Positions 1 through 10,090 of a stretch of 64,000 bases of DNA are shown in pieces. The first letter of the stretch is position 1, and each line of letters opens with the position of its first letter. Origin of the DNA: a virus (taxonomy: Duplodnaviria > Caudoviricetes); the IMG/VR virus record IMGVR_UViG_3300042453_002018, positions 18,199 to 82,198 of that record. One strand, given 5' to 3'. A model generated the notes under the pieces. The model did not search any database. It saw only the letters and a list, made by a program, of their open reading frames with translations, and was not told the origin of the DNA. A program made the translations under genes and the position numbers.

Positions 1-12
1 CAAGAACCTAGC

Positions 13-387
13 ATGATGAGAGTCCTACATTCAGTAAATCGCATTTTCAAAATATCCGCAAGAACCGATCTTTTGGAAGATTTTAACGTGTATGAACACG
101 ATAGATGGGGTAAATATGTGTTCAAAAAACGCATTCCGACTTGGATATCAGACAGTAGAAATGAGTTTGCTACCGATCTTTTAATCACAAGAATGTTTTC
201 TTTTTGTCCATCTTTAATAGACGATTATATAAGAACTCTTGGTGCCAACATCAATATCATCACACAAACGGAAATTGATACAGAACACGCTCATTTTTTG
301 AACATAAACAAAGAATTATTGGTGGAATTAGACCAGATTCATTGTCAAGGTACCGTAGCCACCACAAAAACGCTAGAAGTTTACTAA
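13..387 (+). CDS. hypothetical protein (possibly 5'-truncated by window)
   Basis: ORF track; no recognisable motif. Confidence 0.5.
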   Translation: MMRVLHSVNRIFKISARTDLLEDFNVYEHDRWGKYVFKKRIPTWISDSRNEFATDLLITRMFSFCPSLIDDYIRTLGANINIITQTEIDTEHAHFLNINKELLVELDQIHCQGTVATTKTLEVY

Positions 388-398
388 ATACTAAATAA
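383..398 (+). promoter_or_regulatory. T4-like late promoter(s), CTAAATA (tandem)
   Basis: tACTAAATActaaataa upstream of late genes; CTAAATA recurs at 10079, 14606, 20102, 22662, 61905; resembles T4 gp55 TATAAATA. Confidence 0.55.
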
Positions 399-429
399 CA
401 TAAAACAACTGCTGTAGAGGCGGAAACAT

Positions 430-3189
430 ATGAAATTTAGCGATTTTCTGCGTGAGCAGAAAGAAAAACATGCTGTCCTAGCATTTGGACGCATGAATCC
501 GATTACAAACGGTCACGAAAAAGTAGTTAAAACCGTTAAAAAACTTGCCAAACAAGTTGGCGGTTCACATCATATTGTCCTGTCACACTCACAGGATGCA
601 AAGAAAAATCCCCTTACAGTAGAACAAAAGATCAAACATGCTAAACATGCGTTTGCCGACACAAACTTTGTAGCAGCATCCAAAGAATCGCCTACATTCT
701 TTGATTATGCAGAAAAACTATACAAACAAGGCGTAACTCATCTTCACATGGTTGCTGGTTCTGATCGTGCTGTTGAATATGTAAAATTACTTCAAAAATA
801 TAATGGCACACATAAAGGTGCCCGTTTCAATTTCAAATATGTTGGTGTAGAATCCGCTGGTGAACGTGATCCAGATGCAGAAGGTGCAGAAGGAATTTCT
901 GCATCAAAGATGCGTGACGCTGCAAAGAACGGAGACTTTGATACTTTCAAAAAAGGTGCGCCATCAACAATGTCAGTTGCTCAAGTCAAACAAATGTATA
1001 ACGATGTTCGTAAAGGTATGAGACTTCATGAAGAAATACTTCGTGAAGGTGTTCATGACAAAGGTATTTTCAAAGCAGTATTTCTAGGTGGTGGTCCCGG
1101 TTCAGGTAAAGACTATGTGTTAAGCAAAACACTTGATGGTCATGGTCTGACAGAAATCAATTCTGACAAAGCACTTGAGTATTTGATGGACAAAGAAGGT
1201 CTTGATAAGAAGATGCCTGATGATGAAGAAGCACAACGTAATGCAGTTCGCAAGAGAGCAAAAAATGTAACGGAATTACGTCAGCGCCTTGCACTTCATG
1301 GACGTAATGGATTAATTATCAATGGTACAGGTGATGATCCAGAAAAGTATGCAAAACTTAAAGACATGCTTGAAAAGTTAGGCTATGAAACACAGATGAT
1401 CATGGTCAACACAGCAGACGAGGTTTCAAAAGAAAGAAACATCGAACGTGGTCAGCGCGGTGGTCGTACTGTACCAGAAAACATTCGTAAAGAAAAATGG
1501 GATTCTGTGCAAGCAGCACGACCAATGTTTGGTAAAATATTTCGTGACAATTACATTGAGTTTGATAATTCAGAAGATTTGCGTACCGCATCTCCAGATG
1601 TTGTGGAAGCAAAGACCAAAGAATTAGACGGCATTTTTAAGAGCGTACAAAAATTTGTTGCAAAACCACCTAAGAATGATGATGCAAAAGGCTGGATTGC
1701 TACTGAACTCGGCAAGAAAGATACCGCACCGATTCGTACCGACATGAAACCACACGCTGATGCAGGCACACATGATGACATGAACACGATGGGACTTGAA
1801 TACTATGGTTTTGGTCGTTATGGTAAAGATGGTAAAGTAACACACCGTTCTGTACACGGCAGTCTTGTGCCAGTTGAGAAGATTGCAAAAACTGTTGAAA
1901 CACATCAAAAGAAAATGTCAAAAGTAAATGAGGCATTTGATAAACTCATCAATGAAGCAGTTACAGTTTCGATTACTGGCGACACAGTAGAAGAAGTTAC
2001 TAAAACAATTCGTTTGCTGAAAACGGACGAAGAAGAAATGACTGAGGAAGAAGAAGTGAATACAATGTCTGATCCTGGTGCATACAATCTACTGACACTC
2101 GGTACAGGCATGATCAAAGAAGATTTGCGTAATTGGTTTAATCCAAAACATCCAGAGGGTGGTTGGAAACGAATCAATTCTAAAGGTGAAGCAATAGGTC
2201 CTTGTGCAAGAGAAGAGGGTGAACCAAAGCCAAAATGCATGTCAAATGCAAAGAGAGCAATGCTTTCTAAAAAAGAACGCGCATCAGCAGTTGCATCAAA
2301 ACGCCGTCATGATCCAAATCCAGAACGCAAGGGCGAACCAATTAATGTGTCAAGTTTTGGTAAAGGCAAAATTAGTGAAGCCGCATACGAGGGCAACATT
2401 GGCATGATGGAAGTTATGAAGTTCCATCAGAAAGCCACACCAGAACAAAAGAAAAAGTTCAAAGAACATCTTGCAAACAAAAATCACAAAGAAGCATGGA
2501 AAATGATTCAACATGTTTCTGGTACAAAGTTGATCGGTAAACAATTTGAAGAAACCGAAAAGAAGCAAAAACTGTTGACAGATAAAAATGGTAAACCAAG
2601 ATTGTTTTTCATTCGTGGTTCAGCAGCAAAAGAAGCACATCAAAAAAATGGTACAGTAGCAAAAGTTGGTAAAAGATATGTCGTTAAACTAAAAGAGGAC
2701 TTATATGAAGTACATTCACCTAATAATTCTGCGATTGAAGCAGTTTATGGACAGAATAACTCCACCCCGTCAGCCGAGCAACTTGGAAAAGTCAGAGCCA
2801 GTACTGGAAGAAAAGAACGACCAGCCCTCGACAAACCCGTTGCCGAAGGAAGAAGAACAATCAGTCTTGCCAGCATCAAAGAAAACTGGCAGAAAAAAAT
2901 CCAAGAGTCAATAGACAAAGGAATAGAACCAGGCATTTCAATGGCAGGTGCTGGTGAAAGCCCTGCAAGAGATATGGGTGAGAAACCAGATCGTGATGGT
3001 AAAGCAACACAAGTTACATGCAATGGTACAGGCGCAGGTGCAATATGTCCTAAACACGGAATGAAAAATTGCAGGCTTGCAGAATTAACTGGTGATGAAA
3101 CAACAGCAAGTATCGGCGATCAAAAAGAAGATGAATTGAAGAAAAAAGGTATATCACTCACAACATTCAAGAAAAAAAATTACATATGA
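430..3189 (+). CDS. multidomain head-associated protein: HxGH-type (cytidylyltransferase-like) nucleotidyltransferase + zeta-toxin-like P-loop kinase + small C-terminal domains
   Basis: FGRMNPITNGHEK, VAGSDR and ISASKMR motifs; AVFLGGGPGSGKD Walker A; N-terminus MKFSDFLRE resembles T4 capsid-targeting sequence. Confidence 0.75.
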   Translation: MKFSDFLREQKEKHAVLAFGRMNPITNGHEKVVKTVKKLAKQVGGSHHIVLSHSQDAKKNPLTVEQKIKHAKHAFADTNFVAASKESPTFFDYAEKLYKQGVTHLHMVAGSDRAVEYVKLLQKYNGTHKGARFNFKYVGVESAGERDPDAEGAEGISASKMRDAAKNGDFDTFKKGAPSTMSVAQVKQMYNDVRKGMRLHEEILREGVHDKGIFKAVFLGGGPGSGKDYVLSKTLDGHGLTEINSDKALEYLMDKEGLDKKMPDDEEAQRNAVRKRAKNVTELRQRLALHGRNGLIINGTGDDPEKYAKLKDMLEKLGYETQMIMVNTADEVSKERNIERGQRGGRTVPENIRKEKWDSVQAARPMFGKIFRDNYIEFDNSEDLRTASPDVVEAKTKELDGIFKSVQKFVAKPPKNDDAKGWIATELGKKDTAPIRTDMKPHADAGTHDDMNTMGLEYYGFGRYGKDGKVTHRSVHGSLVPVEKIAKTVETHQKKMSKVNEAFDKLINEAVTVSITGDTVEEVTKTIRLLKTDEEEMTEEEEVNTMSDPGAYNLLTLGTGMIKEDLRNWFNPKHPEGGWKRINSKGEAIGPCAREEGEPKPKCMSNAKRAMLSKKERASAVASKRRHDPNPERKGEPINVSSFGKGKISEAAYEGNIGMMEVMKFHQKATPEQKKKFKEHLANKNHKEAWKMIQHVSGTKLIGKQFEETEKKQKLLTDKNGKPRLFFIRGSAAKEAHQKNGTVAKVGKRYVVKLKEDLYEVHSPNNSAIEAVYGQNNSTPSAEQLGKVRASTGRKERPALDKPVAEGRRTISLASIKENWQKKIQESIDKGIEPGISMAGAGESPARDMGEKPDRDGKATQVTCNGTGAGAICPKHGMKNCRLAELTGDETTASIGDQKEDELKKKGISLTTFKKKNYI

Positions 3190-3968
3190 AAACTTTCAAA
3201 CAAATGATAGATGAGAGATGTTGGCCTGGGTACAAGCCTGTGCCAGGTAAAAAACCGTATTCATTAGGTTCTTGTCAAAAAGAAGAGATTGAAGAATTGG
3301 AAGAAAAAGGTCCTGGTTTGTGGGCAAATATTCGTGCAAAGAAAGCACGAGGTGAGCGTATGAGAAAGCCAGGAGAAGAAGGTGCACCAACTGATGCTCA
3401 AATCAAATCAATTAGAGCAAGTGAAGAAGTGGAACTAAGTGAATTGTCTAAATCAACTTTAGGTTCTTATCTGGTTAAAGCAAGTACAAATGCAAGACAA
3501 TTAGAAGGAAGTAGAGTGCGTGGTGGAACACAAAGAGGAAAGTTTCTTGCTTATAAAAAAATAAAAAAAGATATATCAAACAGATACGCTGGCATGGACC
3601 GTGCTATTTCAAAATTCCATTCAAAGTTAAATAAAGAAGAGTATGAACAAGATGATGGCGCATTGACTGAAGATCAACTAGAACAAATGAGAGAAGCAGC
3701 AGCATGGGAACGCGCAGAAGGTAAAAACCCAGAAGGCGGTTTGAATCGAAAAGGTATTGAATCATACCGTCGTGAGAATCCAGGTTCAAAGTTATCAATG
3801 GCAGTAACAACAAAACCTTCTAAGCTTGACCCAGATTCTAAAGCAGCAAAGCGCCGCAAATCATTTTGTGCAAGAATGGGTGGAATGAAAAAAAGATTAA
3901 CATCAGCAAAGACTGCAAAAGATCCAGATTCACGCATTAACAAAGCATTGAGAAAGTGGAACTGCTGA
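3186..3968 (+). CDS. putative internal head polyprotein (C-terminal basic domain conserved in T4-like phages)
   Basis: MKTFKQMIDE start like T4 IP targeting sequence MKTYQEFIAE; EEIEELEE/EEVELSE linkers; AAWERAEGKNPEGGLN...RRKSFCARM...ALRKWNC domain. Confidence 0.65.
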   Translation: MKTFKQMIDERCWPGYKPVPGKKPYSLGSCQKEEIEELEEKGPGLWANIRAKKARGERMRKPGEEGAPTDAQIKSIRASEEVELSELSKSTLGSYLVKASTNARQLEGSRVRGGTQRGKFLAYKKIKKDISNRYAGMDRAISKFHSKLNKEEYEQDDGALTEDQLEQMREAAAWERAEGKNPEGGLNRKGIESYRRENPGSKLSMAVTTKPSKLDPDSKAAKRRKSFCARMGGMKKRLTSAKTAKDPDSRINKALRKWNC

Positions 3969-4195
3969 TGAAAACATTTAAGTCCTTCATAGTTGAAGAA
4001 AAGAAAGCAACAATAACTAAGAAAGAAAGTTATCGTGGCAGAACAACAGCCGATGTTGAATATAATGTACATGATGAAAATGGCCGTCATATTAGAACCA
4101 CAAAAACTAAAAAAGAAGCAAAAATGTGGAAAGATATGCATGAACTATCAAGGGAAGAAATGCATAAAAAATATCCGGAGTTAAAGCCAAAATAA
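3968..4195 (+). CDS. small putative internal head protein
   Basis: MKTFKSFIVEE N-terminus matches T4 internal-protein capsid-targeting sequence. Confidence 0.6.
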   Translation: MKTFKSFIVEEKKATITKKESYRGRTTADVEYNVHDENGRHIRTTKTKKEAKMWKDMHELSREEMHKKYPELKPK

Positions 4196-4212
4196 GAAAA
4201 TGGAACTGCTAA

Positions 4213-5523
4213 GTGGCACAGTTTAGAACAGACCTACACAAGATAGATTCGGGACAAGTATTCACTCGGTATGAAGTGAATATGATGTCTGATCGTCTTA
4301 CACCATCTGGCACAATTACGGATGCGTTTGGTCGTCTTCGTCTATCACAACCATTTACTCTTTTTGATAGCACACATCGCTTTGCTGACAACGGACTGTG
4401 GTCAACATCAAATACAGCAGGAAATAGTTCTTATAATTTTGTAACGAATAAAAGTCTCATTGAAATGACTGTAGGAACTACAGCAAATGCTGAAGTCATT
4501 CGTGAAACAACAAGAGTGTTTTCATATCAACCAGGTAAGTCTTTGTTAATGATGTCGTCATTTGCTATGGAAACACCTAAAGCAAATGTTCGTCAAAGAG
4601 TTGGTTATTATGGTGCTGAGAATGGTATCTATCTTGAGAATGATGGAACGACTAATTATTTCGTGTTGAGAAGCAATACAACAGGTACGATTACAGAAAC
4701 AAAAGTTGCACAAACAGATTGGAGTATAGACAAGTTTGACGGCACGGGTTATTCATCTCAAAGTGGTGGTGCTGAACATACTGATGGCATTGATATAAGT
4801 AAAACAAATATTCTCTGGATGGATGTTGAATGGCTTGGCGTTGGTGATGTTCGTTGTGGATTTGTGGTTGATGGTAAAATGGTTCCTGCCCACATATTTC
4901 ACAATGATAATAAGAATTTGGTTCCTTATATGACAACGGCATCTTTACCGTTGCGTTATGAAATCAAGAACACAGGTATTACAACAAGTAATTCCACACT
5001 CAAACAGATTTGTTCAACCGTTATGTCTGAAGGTGGATATGAATTGCTTGGATCGCAGCAAGCCGTAGGCACACCAGTTACTAGCCCAATTGATTTGGCC
5101 GCTGCTGGAACATATTATAATCTCATTTCTTTGAGATTGAAATCGGATAAATTAGATGCGATTGTCATTATTACTGCACTATCTTTATTAGCCTTAACTA
5201 ACAACTCATATTATAACTGGCAACTCAGGGCAGGTGGCACAACAACAGGTGGAACTTGGGTTAGTGCAGGAGATAATTCGTCTGTTGAATATAAATTAGA
5301 TGCCGCAACAATTTCAGGTGGAAGAATATTAGCATCGGGCTTTACAACTTCTACTACACAAAGCTCTATACCAGTGGATATTCTTAGAGAAGCACTATTC
5401 AAATTTCAATTAGAAAGAAATGGATTGACCAATACACCCTTCGAACTCACATTATGCGTAGCAGCATCAGTTAATGGTTCTGATATCTACGCATCGATGG
5501 ATTGGGAAGAAGTCACAAGATAA
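4213..5523 (+). CDS. virion structural protein (beta-rich)
   Basis: 436 aa Thr/Ser/Gly-rich; DAFGRLR and WLGVG motifs seen in phage structural proteins; late-gene context. Confidence 0.55.
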   Translation: MAQFRTDLHKIDSGQVFTRYEVNMMSDRLTPSGTITDAFGRLRLSQPFTLFDSTHRFADNGLWSTSNTAGNSSYNFVTNKSLIEMTVGTTANAEVIRETTRVFSYQPGKSLLMMSSFAMETPKANVRQRVGYYGAENGIYLENDGTTNYFVLRSNTTGTITETKVAQTDWSIDKFDGTGYSSQSGGAEHTDGIDISKTNILWMDVEWLGVGDVRCGFVVDGKMVPAHIFHNDNKNLVPYMTTASLPLRYEIKNTGITTSNSTLKQICSTVMSEGGYELLGSQQAVGTPVTSPIDLAAAGTYYNLISLRLKSDKLDAIVIITALSLLALTNNSYYNWQLRAGGTTTGGTWVSAGDNSSVEYKLDAATISGGRILASGFTTSTTQSSIPVDILREALFKFQLERNGLTNTPFELTLCVAASVNGSDIYASMDWEEVTR

Positions 5524-5548
5524 CAAAAACTAAATCAGGAGAACAAAA

Positions 5549-7063
5549 ATGTCAATTTTTCATGACAAAAATCTAAAAAGTGTTGCGGAAGCAGCAGCAA
5601 AGATCATGGCTGAAACAAGTCATGAATTAAAGGGCAACCAACATAAAATTGACGCCAATAAAAATGGCAAAATTGATGCTCACGACTTTAAGCTTCTGCG
5701 TGGTAAGAAAGACACAAAGAAAGACATGCAAGAAGGTGTTAAAGGTGCAGCAGTTGGTGGTGCATTAGGTGCTATGGCAGGTGGTCCAGTTGGCGCAGCA
5801 GTTGGTGGTGCATTAGGTCATGCGGCTGGTGAGGTTCTTTCAAGCGCAAAAAATAAAGCAAAAACAATGGGTCGTGTTGCTGTGGGTCCTTCAATGGCCG
5901 ATAGCAAAATGAAGAAAGAAGAGATTGAGCAACTTGATGAAGTTGGTGATACACCATCAGGTAGAAAAACACTAAGCTCATATGTCAACAAAGCAATTGG
6001 TGACAAATCAAAAGATCGCTCAAAAGGTTTGCGTAAAGCAACATCACGCCTCTACAAAGACAACTTCTACGGCAAAAAAACAAATGAAGAAGTTGAACAG
6101 ATTGATGAGATCAGTTTAGATTTAGCAAAAAGAGCCAGAGATAAAGCCGAGCATATGGTTGATGCGGATCATGACGATATGAGAGATAAACCATATGGTT
6201 ATAGTGAAAAGCAAAGAGTCAAGTTTCAAAAATACGTTGACAAAAAAGAGTCAAAGAAAAACGTAAAAGAAGAAGTTGAACTTGATGAAGCATTTCCAAC
6301 TGTAGCAGATGCAAAGAAGCGTATGGATGCAGGTAAAACAGCAACAGGTTCAGTCACAAAAACTGCAACAGGTCTTGTTCATAAGCGTGACTACAAAGAT
6401 GATGATAATGATGAAGCACCAAAAAAATCAACAGGTTATGGCGCGCGTCAAAACTACAAGCGTTCAACCCGTGTCAATGAGGCAGCATCATTTACAGAAA
6501 TGCTTGAACTGTACAATGAGCATGGTCTGAAAGTGTTAGCACCAATTGAAACAGAAGAGATGGACATTGATGGCACGATGATTGAAGTTATTGATGCAGA
6601 TCAAGTGAACGGTTTCGTTCAAACTGAAATTGAGGAAGGCATCATGGACGTTGCAAAAGGTGCGGTAGGTGTAGTAAAAAATGTCATTTCAAAAGAAAAA
6701 GAGTATCAAGCACAAAAGCAGAAAAAAGCAGGCGAAGTTTTGAGAAAACTTCGTAAAGAAGAATCACTATCAGAAGAACCAACAAATGATGAGTTCACAA
6801 AAGAATATGAAGACCAAAAAGCAAGTTTTGAAGGTAAAAAGAAACAACCAAAAGTTGCTGCTGGTAAAACAACTGGTGTAAAAGAAATGCCTGAGAGTTA
6901 TCAGCAAATTGATGAGCGTGAACTATCAACTGGTGAAGCCAAGAAAAAAGAAGAATATGTCAAAGGCATGAAGAAGGGTCTTTCTGGCTTTAAACAGCGT
7001 TATGGTGAACGTGCTAAATCTGTAATGTATGCAACGGCTACAAAAATGGCTAAAAAGGACTAA
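5549..7063 (+). CDS. charged head-associated polyprotein with repeated E-x-x-E-Q-[LI]-D-E linkers
   Basis: EEIEQLDE, EEVEQIDE, EEVELDE, QIDE repeats; EF-hand-like DANKNGKIDAHDF; glycine-zipper segment; RBS AGGAG. Confidence 0.65.
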   Translation: MSIFHDKNLKSVAEAAAKIMAETSHELKGNQHKIDANKNGKIDAHDFKLLRGKKDTKKDMQEGVKGAAVGGALGAMAGGPVGAAVGGALGHAAGEVLSSAKNKAKTMGRVAVGPSMADSKMKKEEIEQLDEVGDTPSGRKTLSSYVNKAIGDKSKDRSKGLRKATSRLYKDNFYGKKTNEEVEQIDEISLDLAKRARDKAEHMVDADHDDMRDKPYGYSEKQRVKFQKYVDKKESKKNVKEEVELDEAFPTVADAKKRMDAGKTATGSVTKTATGLVHKRDYKDDDNDEAPKKSTGYGARQNYKRSTRVNEAASFTEMLELYNEHGLKVLAPIETEEMDIDGTMIEVIDADQVNGFVQTEIEEGIMDVAKGAVGVVKNVISKEKEYQAQKQKKAGEVLRKLRKEESLSEEPTNDEFTKEYEDQKASFEGKKKQPKVAAGKTTGVKEMPESYQQIDERELSTGEAKKKEEYVKGMKKGLSGFKQRYGERAKSVMYATATKMAKKD

Positions 7064-7065
7064 TT

Positions 7066-8322
7066 ATGTCAGTCGCAGATAAATTACATCAACGACAAAT
7101 GGCTCTGCGTAAGAAGTCGGGACTACCACATCCCGACTATTACAAAGAGTTGGGGCATTCATACAATATTTCTGATGATAACGAAAGACTTGCGAAGCAG
7201 GCTGAAATCAAAAAGAAATATAAAGTTGAAGAAGTTGAACAACTTGATGAGATGCCAGAGTCAAGCATGAAGACACGCGATGTTCATGCACATTTAAAAA
7301 AGTCTGGCTGGTCACTCAAACGCACAGGTGGTGGTCATGATGTTTATGCTCACCCCAAATCAGAGAAACATATTGCTGTGCCAAGACATAAACAACTCAA
7401 AGCACCATTAATTCGTGGTATTATGAAAGCATCAAGAGTTTCTGAAGAAACCGAAATTGATGAGCAACTTCACAAGAAAGGAAAGTTTGTGTCAGGTCCA
7501 GTTAAAAAACCATACAAATCACCTACCGTGGTTTCACCAATTAGAGAAGCAAAAGATTCGCGTGAGTATGATTACGAAGGCGATATGGCAATGTCACAAC
7601 TTCGGTCGTTAGTTTTTAATGCAGAAGATTTGATGGAAATGATGGATGAAAACACAAATCTTCCTGAGTGGGTGCAATCAAAAATTACACTTGCTGAAGA
7701 TTATATCTCTACAGCAGCAAACTATCTGCGTGGTGAATTATCGGAGTCGGTTAGTTTGAATGAAGGTCGTCCATCACAGCGTCATCCACTAGAGGGTCAT
7801 GAGTATCACAAAAAATCTAATGCCGAGTTGATTGGTATTGCTAAAGATGCACACGCTGCTGCTGAAGCAATGAAAGGACACAGTCCACGGGCAGAGAACA
7901 AATATCGTGATCAAGCAAACGATTCTGCAACAGTAAGATATTTCCGTCAAAAGAGTGGCATGCCCGACTGGTACAAGAAGAAGTATGGACATGTCAAGGA
8001 AGAAGTTGAACAGTTGGAAGAAAAGAATGTACCAACTTCACCTGAGAAGTGGGCGCAGGCTAAAGCACAAGCAAAGCAAAAGTTTGATGTATATCCTTCA
8101 GCATATGCAAATGGTTGGGCTGCAAAGAAATACAAAGAAATGGGTGGTGGTTGGAAGTCTGTAAACGAAGACACGGATGATCCAAGCGCAGCAGCAAGAA
8201 CTCTGTCACGTAAAGCACAAATCGTGAGAGATGCCGCAAAAGGAAAAAAGCAAGAACAAGAACAGGCATCGGACAAGTTTCAAAAAGACCCCGAATTGTC
8301 TAGCGATATGCAGAAAACATAA
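7066..8322 (+). CDS. head-associated polyprotein containing a HicA-like domain
   Basis: aa 68-124 MKTRDVHAHLKKSGWSLKRTGGGHDVYAHP...IAVPRH...LIRGIMK between EEVEQLDE and EETEIDE linkers. Confidence 0.7.
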   Translation: MSVADKLHQRQMALRKKSGLPHPDYYKELGHSYNISDDNERLAKQAEIKKKYKVEEVEQLDEMPESSMKTRDVHAHLKKSGWSLKRTGGGHDVYAHPKSEKHIAVPRHKQLKAPLIRGIMKASRVSEETEIDEQLHKKGKFVSGPVKKPYKSPTVVSPIREAKDSREYDYEGDMAMSQLRSLVFNAEDLMEMMDENTNLPEWVQSKITLAEDYISTAANYLRGELSESVSLNEGRPSQRHPLEGHEYHKKSNAELIGIAKDAHAAAEAMKGHSPRAENKYRDQANDSATVRYFRQKSGMPDWYKKKYGHVKEEVEQLEEKNVPTSPEKWAQAKAQAKQKFDVYPSAYANGWAAKKYKEMGGGWKSVNEDTDDPSAAARTLSRKAQIVRDAAKGKKQEQEQASDKFQKDPELSSDMQKT

Positions 8323-8353
8323 ATAAACAATCAAAGATTTATAGGAGAAAAAC

Positions 8354-8932
8354 ATGCCACTTTGGGGAAATGTAGACGCATCTAACAATGCTCCAAACTT
8401 TTCGGGTTTAACTGGTTACGACACATCAACTACAGGTGAAAGTCTAGCCAACTCAGAAACATCATCAGTATTTTCAAATACTTACATGAGCGCAACCCGT
8501 ACAAATGTAGAGTTTGGTGTATTTGGTATAGATACAACAGAAGAAGGACTGATTACCGATGGTCAACCAACACACGCTGGTTGGGTAGCCCGCACTAAAG
8601 GTGCTGGTCCTGTCGTATCAGTTTCGGCAAATACCGATGCTGTAGGTCCAGCAGCATCAGCCTGCACATATACACTGGTGCTTTCAGGTGGTGGTACAAA
8701 CAATACCTCTGCACAAGTCAGCGTAACTACCGCTGATACTGGTAGAGTTACAGCAGTCACAGTTACAAATGCTGGATTGTACACGGGCACACCAACAGCA
8801 AACACATTTGGTAATACAGCATTTACCTTCACAATGGGCGGTCGTAATGGACGCACCACATTTGAAACTTTAGTAGCAATGGGTTCAATGACTGGTGATG
8901 CATCCGATGACGCTATCGCACCTGATTCTTAA
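8354..8932 (+). CDS. virion structural protein
   Basis: MPLWG start, HAGWV and ETLVAM motifs typical of T4-like structural proteins; ATAAATA upstream. Confidence 0.6.
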   Translation: MPLWGNVDASNNAPNFSGLTGYDTSTTGESLANSETSSVFSNTYMSATRTNVEFGVFGIDTTEEGLITDGQPTHAGWVARTKGAGPVVSVSANTDAVGPAASACTYTLVLSGGGTNNTSAQVSVTTADTGRVTAVTVTNAGLYTGTPTANTFGNTAFTFTMGGRNGRTTFETLVAMGSMTGDASDDAIAPDS

Positions 8933-8940
8933 TTGAAATG

Positions 8941-8962
8941 GCGGCTGCTTTTGGGCAGCCGC
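8941..8962 (+). terminator. GC-rich hairpin (terminator or processing signal)
   Basis: GCGGCTGC-ttttgg-GCAGCCGC; weak U-tail. Confidence 0.45.
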
Positions 8963-8969
8963 ATTCATT

Positions 8970-9362
8970 ATGTCCTTTGAAAATCTGACTGAAGATAATA
9001 TCATGTTGTATGCTGCAAAAGCGTATGATAAACCTAACTGTATCATGAGTGAATTTACTGAAGATATGAAACGTCTGAATTATCTTAAACGATTGTTCAG
9101 ACGTTATCATAAACATGGTGAGATGCGTGAGCGGTTGATACTCAATCATATCGTCGTTTTATACAACCTTTTTGGACCTGAAGCGGTTGCAAGAATACTC
9201 TTCTACAACACAAGCAAAAGTGATTATAGTGCATTAAAAACTTATCTAACTTTTTTAAATCTAATGCCAGAAAAAATTCGTGGAATTAACGGAAAAGATA
9301 TACTGTCATCGGATATTTTAATTGACATGAAAATTGCAGACGTTTTAAGAAATCTAAAATGA
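8970..9362 (+). CDS. conserved T4-like phage protein
   Basis: FTEDMKRLNYLKRLFRRY...ERLILNHIVVLYNLFG pattern. Confidence 0.6.
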   Translation: MSFENLTEDNIMLYAAKAYDKPNCIMSEFTEDMKRLNYLKRLFRRYHKHGEMRERLILNHIVVLYNLFGPEAVARILFYNTSKSDYSALKTYLTFLNLMPEKIRGINGKDILSSDILIDMKIADVLRNLK

Positions 9363-10078
9363 TTATCGGACAAGGAGTATCAGTTGGTGGAGGAATTTAT
9401 GTTGATGCGAAAAGTGATAATTTTCCACCAGAAGGTGTAAATAAATTGTATTATGGAGATTTAGGCAATCTTTTTGATGCTTCAACATATAGCGGAAGCG
9501 GCAATCAATGGATTGATACTCAGAGTGGTAACATTGCAACGCTGATTAATTCTCCAACGTACAGTACAGATTTTACAGGGTATTTCGAATTTAACGGCAT
9601 CAATCAAAGAGCAACTGTTTCCGGAACGCCTTTAAATCCTGTAAGTTATACTAAGTGTGCTTGGTTTTATCTCAACGGGACTCAGGCAAATCATTTGATC
9701 AGTTTTAATGACGGTACTGGAACTGGTCACTACATGGCGTTTAATAACACAAACAAATTATATTGTGGACATACTTCATGGCCAGGGTTTCCACTTTCGT
9801 TTGAGTCCGTAACAACTTTCGATAATTTTGTTTGGTATTTTGTTGCAGTAACTTTTGACACAATTTCAGGAATGACGCTTTTTGTAAATGGAAGAGAAGA
9901 TAGTAAATTTACCCTATATAAAACTCCTCCTGTTGCAAGTCAAATAGGTATCGCAAGCTATGACAATTTTGGACATTTCAAAGGAAGAATCGGCAGAGTT
10001 TATATCTATAACCGTGCATTGACCGCTGAAGAAGTGCGCTGGACTTTTAATGGAACCAGATATATTTACTCAATTTAA
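9359..10078 (+). CDS. LamG/concanavalin A-like domain protein
   Basis: FDASTYSGSG, WYFVAVTFD, LFVNG, IYNRALTAEEV motifs. Confidence 0.8.
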   Translation: MIIGQGVSVGGGIYVDAKSDNFPPEGVNKLYYGDLGNLFDASTYSGSGNQWIDTQSGNIATLINSPTYSTDFTGYFEFNGINQRATVSGTPLNPVSYTKCAWFYLNGTQANHLISFNDGTGTGHYMAFNNTNKLYCGHTSWPGFPLSFESVTTFDNFVWYFVAVTFDTISGMTLFVNGREDSKFTLYKTPPVASQIGIASYDNFGHFKGRIGRVYIYNRALTAEEVRWTFNGTRYIYSI

Positions 10079-10090
10079 CTAAATAGAACT

